Notes under the pieces: model-generated | Databases searched by the model: none | The model's input: only the letters and a program-made list of their open reading frames with translations | Told to the model about the DNA's origin: nothing | Made by a program: the position numbers and the translations under genes | Origin: Flavobacteriaceae bacterium | GTDB lineage: Bacteria; Bacteroidota; Bacteroidia; Flavobacteriales; Flavobacteriaceae | Length of the DNA: 64,000 nucleotides | Reading direction: 5' to 3' | NCBI GenBank assembly: GCA_002723295.1 | Contig: PBNP01000027.1 | Span: 8,006-72,005, forward strand | Shown here: piece by piece, positions 36,195 through 46,016 of the stretch | How positions within the stretch are numbered: the stretch's first letter is position 1 | Layout: every line of letters starts with the position of its first letter

Positions 36195-37316
36195 ATGACA
36201 TTGGAAATAGTTATCGTTTTTTTGAGTTTATTGATATTATTCTTAATCTATTTAGTATATAATTTGAAGAAAAATACAAACTCTAATTTGACCACTGATC
36301 TTATAAGGTTTTCAGAGACTTTAACAAATCAAATCCAAGATGTAAGAAAAGAAATTGATTCTAATTCCAAGGAAAGCAGAACTGAAATAGAATCTAAGTT
36401 GAAGGAAATAAATAAACAAATACATGATTTTACCAAATCATCTGCAACTAATATGACAAATCAGTTTGATAAATCAAATAAGGTTATTAGAGATGTAACA
36501 AGTGAGCTGGAAAAAATAAAGGGGACAAACGAACAAGTACTCAGTTTCGCCAATCAGATGAAAACTCTAGAAAAGATTCTTGGAAATCAAAAGCAGAGGG
36601 GAATTTTCGGGGAAATGCAACTTGAGAATCTTTTAGCAAATGTACTTCCTCCAGAACTTTATCATATGCAATATTCATTTAAAAACTCTGAGTCAGTTGA
36701 TGCAATTGTTAGAGTAAATGAATATATAATTCCTATTGATGCTAAATTTTCTTTAGATAATTATAATAAAATGATTGAATCATCTAATAAAGATGAGTTA
36801 GAAGACTTAGAGAAGAAATTCAAATCAGATATAAAAAACAGAATAGATGAGACCGCAAAATATATTAGACCAAATGAAGGAACTGTTGATTATGCCTACA
36901 TGTTTATTCCTGCAGACGGATTATACCAGGATTTATTAAATAGCAGGGTAGGATCATTAAAGATTAATCAGCAGGACCTTGTTTCTTATGCCTTTCAAAA
37001 AAAGGTTATGATAGTCTCACCAATGAGTTTGTTTCCTATGCTTCAGGTTACAAATAAGGCATTAAATAATATGAAAATTGAGGATTCTATTAACGATGTT
37101 TTAAAAAATGTAGAAAAATTATCTAATCATTTGAACGCATATAAAACTTATCATGAAAAATTAGGCAATACATTAGGAACAGCTGTTAACCATTATAATG
37201 ATAGCTCAAAAGAATTCAAAAAAATAGATAAAGATGTGATTAAAATATCATCAGGAAATTCTCAAATAAATATCCAAACAGAAATTGTTGATAAGCCTAA
37301 AATAGAAAATGAATAA
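36195..37316 (+). CDS. rmuC: DNA recombination protein RmuC
   Basis: N-terminal TM, a long coiled coil, then a C-terminal nuclease-like domain (VDAIVRVNEYIIPIDAKF, MFIPADGLY, VMIVSPMSLFPML) as in RmuC. Confidence 0.7.
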   Translation: MTLEIVIVFLSLLILFLIYLVYNLKKNTNSNLTTDLIRFSETLTNQIQDVRKEIDSNSKESRTEIESKLKEINKQIHDFTKSSATNMTNQFDKSNKVIRDVTSELEKIKGTNEQVLSFANQMKTLEKILGNQKQRGIFGEMQLENLLANVLPPELYHMQYSFKNSESVDAIVRVNEYIIPIDAKFSLDNYNKMIESSNKDELEDLEKKFKSDIKNRIDETAKYIRPNEGTVDYAYMFIPADGLYQDLLNSRVGSLKINQQDLVSYAFQKKVMIVSPMSLFPMLQVTNKALNNMKIEDSINDVLKNVEKLSNHLNAYKTYHEKLGNTLGTAVNHYNDSSKEFKKIDKDVIKISSGNSQINIQTEIVDKPKIENE

Positions 37317-38073
37317 AACTATCTATTATATTATTAAGAAATTTTATTTGATAATTGTTTTTTTAAGCTCTTACGGCATTCAAGCCCAAACGGCATATGA
37401 AATAATGAAAATTGCAGATAATAGAGTTCGTGGAAATTCATCATATGCCGAAATAACAATTACAATTGTCCGACCTAAATGGCAAAAGAAAATGAGTTTG
37501 AAAAGCTGGAGTAAAGGCAATGATTATTCAGTTTCTTTGGTGAAAAGTCCAGCAAAAGAAAAAGGAACAGTGTTTTTAAAGAGGAAAAAAGAAGCTTGGA
37601 ATTATTTACCTACTATTGAAAGAACAATTAAACTCCCTCCATCTATGATGACCCAGAATTGGATGGGTACGGATTTCACAAATGATGATTTAGTAAAGCA
37701 ATCTTCTATGGTTGTTGATTATACGCATAAGATTATTGGATCTGAAATAATTGAAGATTTATCGTGTTGGAAATTGGAATTGCTTCCAAATGAACAAACA
37801 ACTGTTGTTTGGGGTAAATTAATAGTATGGATTGATAAAAGTGATTATATGCAATTGAAAACAGAATTTTATGATGAGGATTTGGAAATAGTAAATAGAA
37901 TGGTGGGTTCTGAAATAAGAGAATTTAATGGTAAAAAATTACCATCAAAATTAGACTTTTATCCTTTAGATGATCCAGGAAATAAAACTATTATAGAATA
38001 TGATGTATTAAACTATGGCATCTCAATTCCTCAAAATTATTTTTCAATTCAATATGTTTCAAGATTAAAATAG
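37309..38073 (+). CDS. LolA-like outer-membrane lipoprotein-sorting family protein (periplasmic)
   Basis: Signal peptide. The blocks AYEIMKIADNR, SWSKGNDYSVSLVKSPAKEKGTVFLK and WMGTDFTNDDL match my recollection of the LolA_like family that accompanies FtsX-type ABC systems. Overlaps rmuC by 8 nt. Confidence 0.6.
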   Translation: MNKTIYYIIKKFYLIIVFLSSYGIQAQTAYEIMKIADNRVRGNSSYAEITITIVRPKWQKKMSLKSWSKGNDYSVSLVKSPAKEKGTVFLKRKKEAWNYLPTIERTIKLPPSMMTQNWMGTDFTNDDLVKQSSMVVDYTHKIIGSEIIEDLSCWKLELLPNEQTTVVWGKLIVWIDKSDYMQLKTEFYDEDLEIVNRMVGSEIREFNGKKLPSKLDFYPLDDPGNKTIIEYDVLNYGISIPQNYFSIQYVSRLK

Positions 38074-38076
38074 TAT

Positions 38077-39294
38077 ATGCTTATTAAGATTGCTTGGAGA
38101 AATGTCTGGAGAAATAAAAGAAGAAGTTTTATTACCATAGTTGCAATATTCATCGCTGTTTTTTTAGCTATAATTCTTAGGTCTTTGCAATTAGGGATGT
38201 ATGATAATATGATAAACAATGTTGTAGGATCATATACTGGGTATATTCAACTACATAGTAAGGGATATTGGGAGGACAAAACTATTGATAACGCATTTGA
38301 ATTTGATCAAGCAACTTTGTTAAATATTCAAAAAATTGATGGGATTGCTTCCATTTTAAAAAGAGTTCAAACAGGGGCTCTTTCTTCATATAAAGATTTA
38401 TCCAAATTTGTCTATATAAATGGAATAGAGCTTGATAAAGAGCAAAGGCTTACTGATTGGAACAAAAGATTGATTGATGGAAAACTTTTAACTAATGATA
38501 GTAAGTCTATAATTGTAGCAAAGGGAATTGCAAAATACTTTAATTTAAAAATAGGAGATACACTTATTTTTATTGGACAGGGATATCATGGAATGCAAGC
38601 AGTGGGTGCTTATCCTGTTGAAGGGGTAATCGATATGAAAAACCCGAGCCTTAATAATTATAGTGTTTTCATGAATCTTCAAACTGCTCAGGATTTTGTT
38701 TCAGCGTATAATCTAATTACTAATTTAATAGTTGATAAAGAACAATATTTTGATGAAAACAAAATAGTTGAGGAGATTAAATCTAATATAAACACCCAAT
38801 ATAATGATGTAATGACATGGAAGGAAATGACTCCAGAGTTAGATCAATTAATTGAAGCTGACAGTGCTGGGGGTATTTTGATAATAATGATTTTATATAT
38901 GATAGTTTCTTTTGGAATTTTTGGAACTGTTTTGATGATGACCCAAGAAAGATTTTATGAGTTTGGTGTTTTAATTTCTATTGGAATGAAAAAATCTAAA
39001 CTTATAATTACTTTGATTATTGAGACCATTTTTTTATCATTTATTGGAATTATGAGTGGAGTTATTGCTTCAACACCAATTATAAACTATTATCATTATA
39101 ATCCATTGACTTTGTTTGGAGCCGGAGCAGAACAATTAGAGGCTGCTGGCTTTGAACCAATTATACCAATGATGAATACCTATGATATTGCCCTAGCACA
39201 TTCATTAATAATTTTTTGTATCTCCATAATAATATGTATTTATCCTATTTTTATTATTTGGAGACTTCAACCAATAAAAGCAATGAAAAGATAA
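38077..39294 (+). CDS. FtsX/MacB-type ABC transporter permease
   Basis: N-terminal IAWRNVWRNKRRS, TM1, a periplasmic domain of about 220 aa, then three C-terminal TMs. This is the MacB/LolCE architecture. Confidence 0.8.
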   Translation: MLIKIAWRNVWRNKRRSFITIVAIFIAVFLAIILRSLQLGMYDNMINNVVGSYTGYIQLHSKGYWEDKTIDNAFEFDQATLLNIQKIDGIASILKRVQTGALSSYKDLSKFVYINGIELDKEQRLTDWNKRLIDGKLLTNDSKSIIVAKGIAKYFNLKIGDTLIFIGQGYHGMQAVGAYPVEGVIDMKNPSLNNYSVFMNLQTAQDFVSAYNLITNLIVDKEQYFDENKIVEEIKSNINTQYNDVMTWKEMTPELDQLIEADSAGGILIIMILYMIVSFGIFGTVLMMTQERFYEFGVLISIGMKKSKLIITLIIETIFLSFIGIMSGVIASTPIINYYHYNPLTLFGAGAEQLEAAGFEPIIPMMNTYDIALAHSLIIFCISIIICIYPIFIIWRLQPIKAMKR

Positions 39295-39295
39295 A

Positions 39296-40516
39296 ATGGG
39301 AGTGATTATTAAAATAGCATGGAGAAATGTTTGGAGAAATAAACTCAGAAGTTTAATTGTTATAACATCTATCATCTTAGGCCTTTGGTCTGGATTATTT
39401 ATGATAGCCATGAGCAATGGTCTGAATGAGCAGAGAGTTCAAAGTGCTATTGACACTTATTTATATCATGTTCAAATTCATAACCCTTCTTTTGAATATA
39501 ATCTAGATATAAATAGTGTAGTAATAGATTCAGAAAAAGTTTTTAATGAGTTAGAAAATAATAGTTTAGTAAAAGAATTTAGTGATAGGATTATTCTTTC
39601 TGCAATGGCATCTACTGCTCATGGTAACCAGGGTATAAAGCTTGTTGGAGTTGATCCTGAAAAGGAAAAAATTATCTCTAATATTAATAGAAGTGTTATC
39701 AAAGGCAATTATTTTTTCAACTCAAAAAGTAAGCCTGTAATAATAGGCAAGAAATTAGCTGATAATTTGAAATTGGATTTAAAAAGAAAATTATCAGCAA
39801 CATTTGTTGACAAAAATGGAGATATTCAAAGATTTAGATTTAAAGTTGAAGGAATTTTCAAAACCCCTAATTCTATTCATGATGGTGGAAATATTTACGT
39901 GAAAAAAGAAGACTTACAAGAACTATTTACAGATAAATCTATTACACATGAAATTATAGTTTTATGTAATAAAATTGATGATTCATCTATTTTAAAAGAA
40001 AATCTTCAAAATATTTTTCCAACTAATAAGATAGAAACATGGAAAGAAATTGCACCTGAATTAGGCTCAGTTCAAGATTTAATGATTTGGTTTTTCCTTA
40101 TTTTTATGAGCATTATACTTATTGCTTTATCTTTTGGAATTGCTAATATTATGCTTATGGCAGTTTTGGAAAGAAAAAGAGAGCTAGGAATGTTAATGTC
40201 AGTTGGCCTAAATAGAAGTAAAGTTTTTTTAATGATTGTTATTGAAACTATTTTCATCTCATTTGTTTCTTTGCCTATAGGAATTATATTGGCATACCTT
40301 ATGATTTCTTATTATGGTCAAGTTGGGATTGATTTGTCAATTGTATCTGAAGGATTAGAAGCTTTTGGAATGAAATCAATACTTTATACTAAACTTCAAG
40401 GTGATTATTATATTTTAATTACTATACTAACAGTATTTGTAACACTTATTTCATCCTTATTACCAGCAAGAAGAGCACTTAAATTAGATCCTGCAGAAGC
40501 TGTAAGATCACTATAA
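39296..40516 (+). CDS. FtsX/MacB-type ABC transporter permease (paralogue)
   Basis: Same architecture (IAWRNVWRNKLRS ... RRALKLDPAEAVRS). Starts 1 nt after the previous stop. Confidence 0.8.
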   Translation: MGVIIKIAWRNVWRNKLRSLIVITSIILGLWSGLFMIAMSNGLNEQRVQSAIDTYLYHVQIHNPSFEYNLDINSVVIDSEKVFNELENNSLVKEFSDRIILSAMASTAHGNQGIKLVGVDPEKEKIISNINRSVIKGNYFFNSKSKPVIIGKKLADNLKLDLKRKLSATFVDKNGDIQRFRFKVEGIFKTPNSIHDGGNIYVKKEDLQELFTDKSITHEIIVLCNKIDDSSILKENLQNIFPTNKIETWKEIAPELGSVQDLMIWFFLIFMSIILIALSFGIANIMLMAVLERKRELGMLMSVGLNRSKVFLMIVIETIFISFVSLPIGIILAYLMISYYGQVGIDLSIVSEGLEAFGMKSILYTKLQGDYYILITILTVFVTLISSLLPARRALKLDPAEAVRSL

Positions 40517-40527
40517 ATAAATTTTTT

Positions 40528-41214
40528 ATGAATGTAATTGAAACTAAAAAACTTTCTAAATTTTATAAACAAGCAGACCAAGATGTAAAAGCATTGAATA
40601 ATGTTAGCATTAAATTTCAAAAAGGAGAGTTCACAGCTATTGTTGGCCCATCGGGATCAGGTAAAACAACTTTTTTAAATTCTATTGGAGGCTTAGACTC
40701 ACCGAGTTCTGGTAAAGTATTTATTGAAAGCAATGAAATTACTAAACTAAATTCAAATCAACTTATAGACTTTAGGTTAAAAAATATTGGGTTTGTTTTT
40801 CAATCATATAATTTAATTCCAGTACTTACTGCTAAAGAAAATGTTGAATTTATTATGTTGATGCAAGGAATTGTAAAATCTGAAAGAAATAAGCGCTCTA
40901 TAGAGTTATTAGATTCTGTAGGAATGAAAGAGCAGTTAAATAGAAGACCAAATCAATTATCAGGAGGTCAACAACAAAGAGTAGCTGTTGCAAGAGCATT
41001 GGCTTCAAAACCAAAATTTGTTTTAGCAGATGAGCCAACAGCAAACCTTGACTCATCATCAACATCAAACCTATTGGATATTATGAATAAACTTAATAAG
41101 GAAGAAAATATGACATTCATTTTTTCTACTCATGATCAAAGAGTGATTGAGAGGGCTAATCGAATTATTACATTAGAAGATGGTAAGATACTCTCAGATG
41201 TTAATGTTAAATAA
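40528..41214 (+). CDS. ABC transporter ATP-binding protein (LolD/MacB-type)
   Basis: Shows Walker A GPSGSGKT, Q-loop, signature LSGGQQQR, Walker B FVLADEPT and H-loop STHD. Confidence 0.9.
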   Translation: MNVIETKKLSKFYKQADQDVKALNNVSIKFQKGEFTAIVGPSGSGKTTFLNSIGGLDSPSSGKVFIESNEITKLNSNQLIDFRLKNIGFVFQSYNLIPVLTAKENVEFIMLMQGIVKSERNKRSIELLDSVGMKEQLNRRPNQLSGGQQQRVAVARALASKPKFVLADEPTANLDSSSTSNLLDIMNKLNKEENMTFIFSTHDQRVIERANRIITLEDGKILSDVNVK

Positions 41215-41222
41215 AATTCAAT

Positions 41223-42401
41223 TTGAGATATTTACCATTTTTTATATTACTAATATTTTTAAATAGCTTATCACTCAAAGCTCAAGAAGAATCTGAAATT
41301 AGTATAAAGGATAATATAAGTTTATCAGGCTATATAAGGTATATGAATTCTTCATCTGTAATTAATTCAGATTCAATAATTTCAGATAATTTAATACACA
41401 ATCGTTTAAGACTAAAATTAGATTTTACTCCAAAATTAACAGGAGTTTTTGAGATGAGAAATAGGGTTTTTTTTGGAGAGGCAACGAATTTAAATCCTAA
41501 CCTAGGTAAAATTTTAGATAATGATATTGGAAATATAGATCTTTCTATAGTATCATACGATAGAAGAACACTTGTAGTTCACTCAATTTTTGATAGAGCA
41601 TACTTTAAGTACTCTTCTGAAAAATGGGAACTTAGAGCAGGAAGGCAAAGGATAAACTGGGGTGTTAATTTAGCATGGAACCCTAATGATTTATTTAATG
41701 CTTATAGTTTAATTGATTTTGATTATCAGGAAAGAGCTGGAGTAGATGCTTTAAGACTTCAATATTTTATTGGTGATTTATCAAGTTTTGAAATTGCAAT
41801 TCAACCTGGAGAAAATTTAGACAAATCTATCATGGCTGGATTATGGAAATTTAATTTATCAGGAAATGATTTTCAACTTCTTTTCGGCAATTATTATAAG
41901 GATTTGGCATTGGGATTGGGCTGGACTGGTAACATTAAAAATGCTGGATTTACACTGGAAAGCACTTATTTTACTCCAAGAAAAAACATGATTTATTCTC
42001 CAGCTGTTTTAAGTTCTTCAATATCATTTGATTATTCTACAAAAAAAGGTATATATATTAACACTTCAATACTTTATAATAGTTTGGGAAGTGACAAAAG
42101 TTCTAGCTCAGAGAATTTATTTGGATCATTTTTATCAAATATTTCAGCTAAAAACCTCATGCCTTCAAGACTTACATATTTTACACAAATTAGTGGAAAT
42201 TTCACCCCGGCATTAAATGGATCTTTAGCAGCTTTTTATATGCAAGGAGAACAGATGTTGCTAATTATGCCGTCTGTTTCATATGAAATAAAAGAAAATT
42301 TAGATGCTATGGTACTTGCACAATCGATTTATAATGAAATAAACAAGAAAACTAGTCCAATGGGTCTAGGTACATTTTTTAGAATAAGCTATAGCTTTTA
42401 G
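41223..42401 (+). CDS. putative outer-membrane beta-barrel protein (alginate-export-like LRAGRQRINWG block)
   Basis: Signal peptide ending KAQEE, alternating beta-strand pattern, and a C-terminal FFRISYSF with terminal Phe typical of OM barrels. TTG start. Confidence 0.5.
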   Translation: MRYLPFFILLIFLNSLSLKAQEESEISIKDNISLSGYIRYMNSSSVINSDSIISDNLIHNRLRLKLDFTPKLTGVFEMRNRVFFGEATNLNPNLGKILDNDIGNIDLSIVSYDRRTLVVHSIFDRAYFKYSSEKWELRAGRQRINWGVNLAWNPNDLFNAYSLIDFDYQERAGVDALRLQYFIGDLSSFEIAIQPGENLDKSIMAGLWKFNLSGNDFQLLFGNYYKDLALGLGWTGNIKNAGFTLESTYFTPRKNMIYSPAVLSSSISFDYSTKKGIYINTSILYNSLGSDKSSSSENLFGSFLSNISAKNLMPSRLTYFTQISGNFTPALNGSLAAFYMQGEQMLLIMPSVSYEIKENLDAMVLAQSIYNEINKKTSPMGLGTFFRISYSF

Positions 42402-42413
42402 TCTAACTTAAAA

Positions 42414-42445
42414 AAGCCTTAAATATAAATACCTAAGGCTTTTTA
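42414..42445. terminator. bidirectional hairpin terminator
   Basis: Perfect 8-bp stem AAGCCTTA / TAAGGCTT with a 12-nt loop, preceded by an A-run and followed by TTTT. Lies between the OM-barrel gene and convergent tRNA-Phe. Confidence 0.55.
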
Positions 42446-42449
42446 AGTG

Positions 42450-42522
42450 TGGTACCTCCAGGAATCGAACCAGGGACACATGGATTTTCAGTCCATTGCT
42501 CTACCAACTGAGCTAAGGTACC
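42450..42522 (-). tRNA. tRNA-Phe (anticodon GAA)
   Basis: Reverse complement is GGTACCT TA GCTC AGTTGGTA GAGC A ATGGA CTGAAAA TCCAT GTGTC CCTGG TTCGATT CCTGG AGGTACC A. One T:T mismatch sits in the T-stem. CCA is not encoded. Confidence 0.85.
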
Positions 42523-42537
42523 ATTTTCAAGGTGGAG

Positions 42538-42545
42538 CAAATATA
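42538..42545 (-). promoter_or_regulatory. candidate -7 box TATATTTG for tRNA-Phe
   Basis: Exact TAnnTTTG match on the minus strand, 15 nt upstream of the tRNA 5' end. Confidence 0.5.
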
Positions 42546-42593
42546 TAAGGCTTTTTAGATTAGAGCAAATCATTACGAATAAAATTGTTTTGG

Positions 42594-42601
42594 TAATTTT
42601 G
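42594..42601 (+). promoter_or_regulatory. candidate -7 box TAATTTTG for coaX
   Basis: Exact TAnnTTTG match 22 nt upstream of ATG 42624. Confidence 0.45.
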
Positions 42602-42623
42602 AGTAATATTTAGATTGTATAAT

Positions 42624-43355
42624 ATGAATTTTATCCTTGATATAGGGAATAATTTTTCAAAGTTTACAGTTTTTGAATCAAATCAAATAGTTGGTTTTGG
42701 AACATGGGATAGTAATCAAATAATTGATGAATTTGATAATTGGATTCAAAAAAATAAAAAATGTGACTATATTATAGTTTCTGATGTAAAGGGCATAAAC
42801 ACTTCACTTTTTGAAGATAAGGCAAAATGTAAAGTTGTCTGGGCTTCACCTAAATTAAAATGGCCATTTAAAGTTAAATATAAAACAACTGAAACCATTG
42901 GTGTAGATCGTTTAGGACTGGCAGCTGCAGCTGTTACAAATTATCCTAATCAAGATTGCTTAATTATAGATTTGGGCACTTGTATAACTTATGATTTCAT
43001 TGACAGAAATAAATTATACTATGGAGGAGCTATTAGTCCAGGATTAATTATGAGATATAATAGTTTAAATTCACAGACTTCTATGTTGCCAAAACTAGAA
43101 TTTAAGATTCCCGATAGTATTATTGGGGAATCTACAACTGAAAGTATACATTCTGGTATATTTAATGGAATTGTTGGAGAAATTAAAAACCATATTCTTG
43201 AGTATCAAAAAATATTTGGAAATATAATTATTATTTTAACAGGTGGGGATGCTGATAAGTTGTCAAACCAAATAAAAAATGGGATATTTGCAAACTATAA
43301 ATTTTTTGCTAAAGGATTACATGCCGTATTAGAATTGAACAAATTAAAAAATTGA
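42624..43355 (+). CDS. coaX: type III pantothenate kinase
   Basis: Shows ILDIGNN (phosphate-1), IGVDRL and ILTGGDA motifs. ATG 42624 is preferred over TTG 42615. Confidence 0.8.
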   Translation: MNFILDIGNNFSKFTVFESNQIVGFGTWDSNQIIDEFDNWIQKNKKCDYIIVSDVKGINTSLFEDKAKCKVVWASPKLKWPFKVKYKTTETIGVDRLGLAAAAVTNYPNQDCLIIDLGTCITYDFIDRNKLYYGGAISPGLIMRYNSLNSQTSMLPKLEFKIPDSIIGESTTESIHSGIFNGIVGEIKNHILEYQKIFGNIIIILTGGDADKLSNQIKNGIFANYKFFAKGLHAVLELNKLKN

Positions 43356-44608
43356 AAAAAATAATTCTTTTACTTTTTATTTTGACTAACCTACAATCAT
43401 TTTCACAAATAGGCACAGGTTCACCATACTCATTTATTGGATTTGGTGAAACAAATTTTAAGGGAAACCACTTAAATAGAGCTATGGGAGGTATTGATGT
43501 GTATATAGATTCAATTCACCCTAATATTAAGAACCCCTCTAGTTATGGAGCTTTGAAGGCAACCACATATTCAGTTGGGGTTAATTATCGACAAAATAAT
43601 ATTGAGGATGAAATAAATAGACAAAAAATTACATCTTCTTCAATTGATTATATTGGTGTTTCTATTCCAACAAAAAGATTTGGATTTGGGTTTGGTATTT
43701 TGCCATATAGTTCAGTGGGATATCTTTTAGAAGATTTAAATGAAAATGATCAAACAAATAAAATTAATAGGTTTACAGGTGAAGGTGGCTTAAACCAAGC
43801 ATTTTTAAATGTTGGTTTTAAAGTTATTGATGGTTTAAATTTAGGTATTTCATCAAATTATGGTTTTGGAGATATTACATATAGAAAGAGTCAAGTAATT
43901 GAAGGAGTATCAAATGGGACTTATTCTGAAAGCAATTCCAGCTTATCAGGAATTAGCTTTAAATTCTCTGCAAACATCACTATTCCGATTAAAAAACTAC
44001 AATTTTATACTATGCTTGGCTATATACCAGAAGCAAAATTAACATCAAGAAATATTGAAATAATTTATACAAGATCAATTATAGGCGGTCTAAGTGAATT
44101 GGGAGATATAGAAGAAACTGATTTAAAATCAAGTGGGCTAGATGAGACATACTTTACTATTCCCAAAGCTATTTCTATAGGTTTTGGTATTGGTAAGAAT
44201 AAAAAGTGGTTTGTTGGAGGTCAATTAGATCAGGTAAATTCAACTAGTTTTAAAAATCAATTCATAAATCAACCAAATGTTAGTTATCAAAAATCAAATA
44301 AAATAAGTGCTGGAGGCTTTTATATACCTGAGTTTAGTTCAATAACCTCTTATTGGAAAAGAGTTGTTTATAGATTTGGATTTAGATCAGAAAACAAAGG
44401 GTATTTAATAAATAATCATTCAATTAAAGAAAATGGCATTACTTTTGGTGTTGGTTTACCAATGGCAGGTTATTCAAACACAAATGTTACTTTTGAATTT
44501 GGCCAGCTAGGAACCAAAAAAAATAATTTAATTAGGGAAAATTTTTGGGCATTACGTTTGGGATTTTCTCTCAATGATATATGGTTTATAAAAAGAAAGT
44601 ATAATTAA
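43352..44608 (+). CDS. putative outer-membrane beta-barrel protein
   Basis: Signal peptide, then GTGSPYSFIGFGE directly after it, and a beta-strand-rich, Gly/aromatic-rich composition. TTG start overlapping the coaX stop. Confidence 0.45.
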   Translation: MKKIILLLFILTNLQSFSQIGTGSPYSFIGFGETNFKGNHLNRAMGGIDVYIDSIHPNIKNPSSYGALKATTYSVGVNYRQNNIEDEINRQKITSSSIDYIGVSIPTKRFGFGFGILPYSSVGYLLEDLNENDQTNKINRFTGEGGLNQAFLNVGFKVIDGLNLGISSNYGFGDITYRKSQVIEGVSNGTYSESNSSLSGISFKFSANITIPIKKLQFYTMLGYIPEAKLTSRNIEIIYTRSIIGGLSELGDIEETDLKSSGLDETYFTIPKAISIGFGIGKNKKWFVGGQLDQVNSTSFKNQFINQPNVSYQKSNKISAGGFYIPEFSSITSYWKRVVYRFGFRSENKGYLINNHSIKENGITFGVGLPMAGYSNTNVTFEFGQLGTKKNNLIRENFWALRLGFSLNDIWFIKRKYN

Positions 44609-44618
44609 TTATAAAGGA

Positions 44619-46016
44619 ATGGATATTATAAGAAATATTAAAATAATATGTTTTTTGTCTTTTGGATTTATCTATGGACAATCCGATGATGAGAAAATTG
44701 TAGAATGCAAACAAAATTTGTCAATTTTTTCGGAATCTGCTAAAATAAAAAACTATGATGCTGCTTATGATACTTGGAAAGCTGTCTTGGAAGCATGTCC
44801 AGATTTACATTTAGCTATTTATACTTATGGTGAAAAGATTTTGAAACATAAAATAAAAACTGCTCAGGTTTCAGATAAAAAAGCTATAACTGAAAATTTA
44901 CTTTCATTATATGATAAGTGGTTGATTTACTTTCCTAAAAAAAGAGGTGTAAGTAGAGTAGGTAGTATTTTAAGTACAAAGGCTCAAGCTTTAATCGACT
45001 ACAAAATGGCAGATAATGCTACTATTTATGATGTTTTTGATCAAGCATATAAAAAAGATGTTTCTAGTTTCACTAATCCTAAAGGGCTATATAATTATTT
45101 TGATACTTTATACAAGCTATATAAATCAGGTGATTCTGGAGTAACTATGGAAAATTTATTTAATAAGTACGAAGAAATTTCTGAAAAATTTGAACGTGAA
45201 TCTATTAAACTTGCAAAAAAGTTAGATATAATTCTGATTAAAGAAGAAGAGGGAACTCCACTAAGTAAAAAAGAGACAAAAAACAAAAGAGTTTATGAAG
45301 TTAATTCAAAAGCAATTGGCGCTTTTAAATCAAACTTAGACATTATTATTGCACTAGAAGCAACCTGTAAAAATTTAATCCCATTATATAAAGGTAATTT
45401 TGAAAAAAACAGTAATGATGCCCTTTGGTTGAAACGAGCTGCAAGTAGAATGGATAGTAAAGAGTGTTCTGATGATCCTTTTTTTGTAACTCTTGTTGAG
45501 GCTTTGCATAATTTAGAACCATCAGCAGACTCTGCTTATTATCTGGGATTACTAAATGATAAAAGTGGAAACAGTAAAGAAGCATTAAGGTATTATGAGG
45601 AATCTATTTCTCTAGAAACAGATAGATATAAAAAGGCAAAAATATTGTATAAAATTGCTGTAAAGTTTAAAAAGAGTGGACGTAAATCTCAATCTAGAAG
45701 TTATGCGCAAAAAGCTTTAAGGAATCAACCCTCAATGGGTAGAGCATATTTATTAATTGCCAGTTTATATGCTAACAGTGCTAATGATTGTGGAGATACT
45801 CAGTTTAATAAGCGAGCTATATATTGGCTGGCAGCTGACATAGCTAGAAAAGCAGGACGAGTAGACGCTTCAGTAAAAAAATTGTCAACTAAAACTGCAA
45901 AAAGCTATATGGGGAGAGCTCCAAGCAAAACGGATATTTTTACCGAGGGCAATGAAGGAAGTATGATTAAATTTAATTGTTGGGTTGGAGCTAGTGTCAA
46001 AGTCCCAAAATTATAA
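44619..46016 (+). CDS. TPR-like repeat protein, exported
   Basis: Signal peptide. The C-terminal half has TPR-like helices (AYYLGLLNDKSGNSKEALRYYEESI, GRAYLLIASLYA). Confidence 0.4.
   Translation: MDIIRNIKIICFLSFGFIYGQSDDEKIVECKQNLSIFSESAKIKNYDAAYDTWKAVLEACPDLHLAIYTYGEKILKHKIKTAQVSDKKAITENLLSLYDKWLIYFPKKRGVSRVGSILSTKAQALIDYKMADNATIYDVFDQAYKKDVSSFTNPKGLYNYFDTLYKLYKSGDSGVTMENLFNKYEEISEKFERESIKLAKKLDIILIKEEEGTPLSKKETKNKRVYEVNSKAIGAFKSNLDIIIALEATCKNLIPLYKGNFEKNSNDALWLKRAASRMDSKECSDDPFFVTLVEALHNLEPSADSAYYLGLLNDKSGNSKEALRYYEESISLETDRYKKAKILYKIAVKFKKSGRKSQSRSYAQKALRNQPSMGRAYLLIASLYANSANDCGDTQFNKRAIYWLAADIARKAGRVDASVKKLSTKTAKSYMGRAPSKTDIFTEGNEGSMIKFNCWVGASVKVPKL

Noticed and set aside
36195-37316. 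RmuC as a marker of a defence island or recombination hotspot.
   Set aside because: It is a single housekeeping-type rmuC with no adjacent nuclease, methylase, ATPase or mobile-element genes. Its neighbours are lipid-metabolism and ABC-transporter genes.
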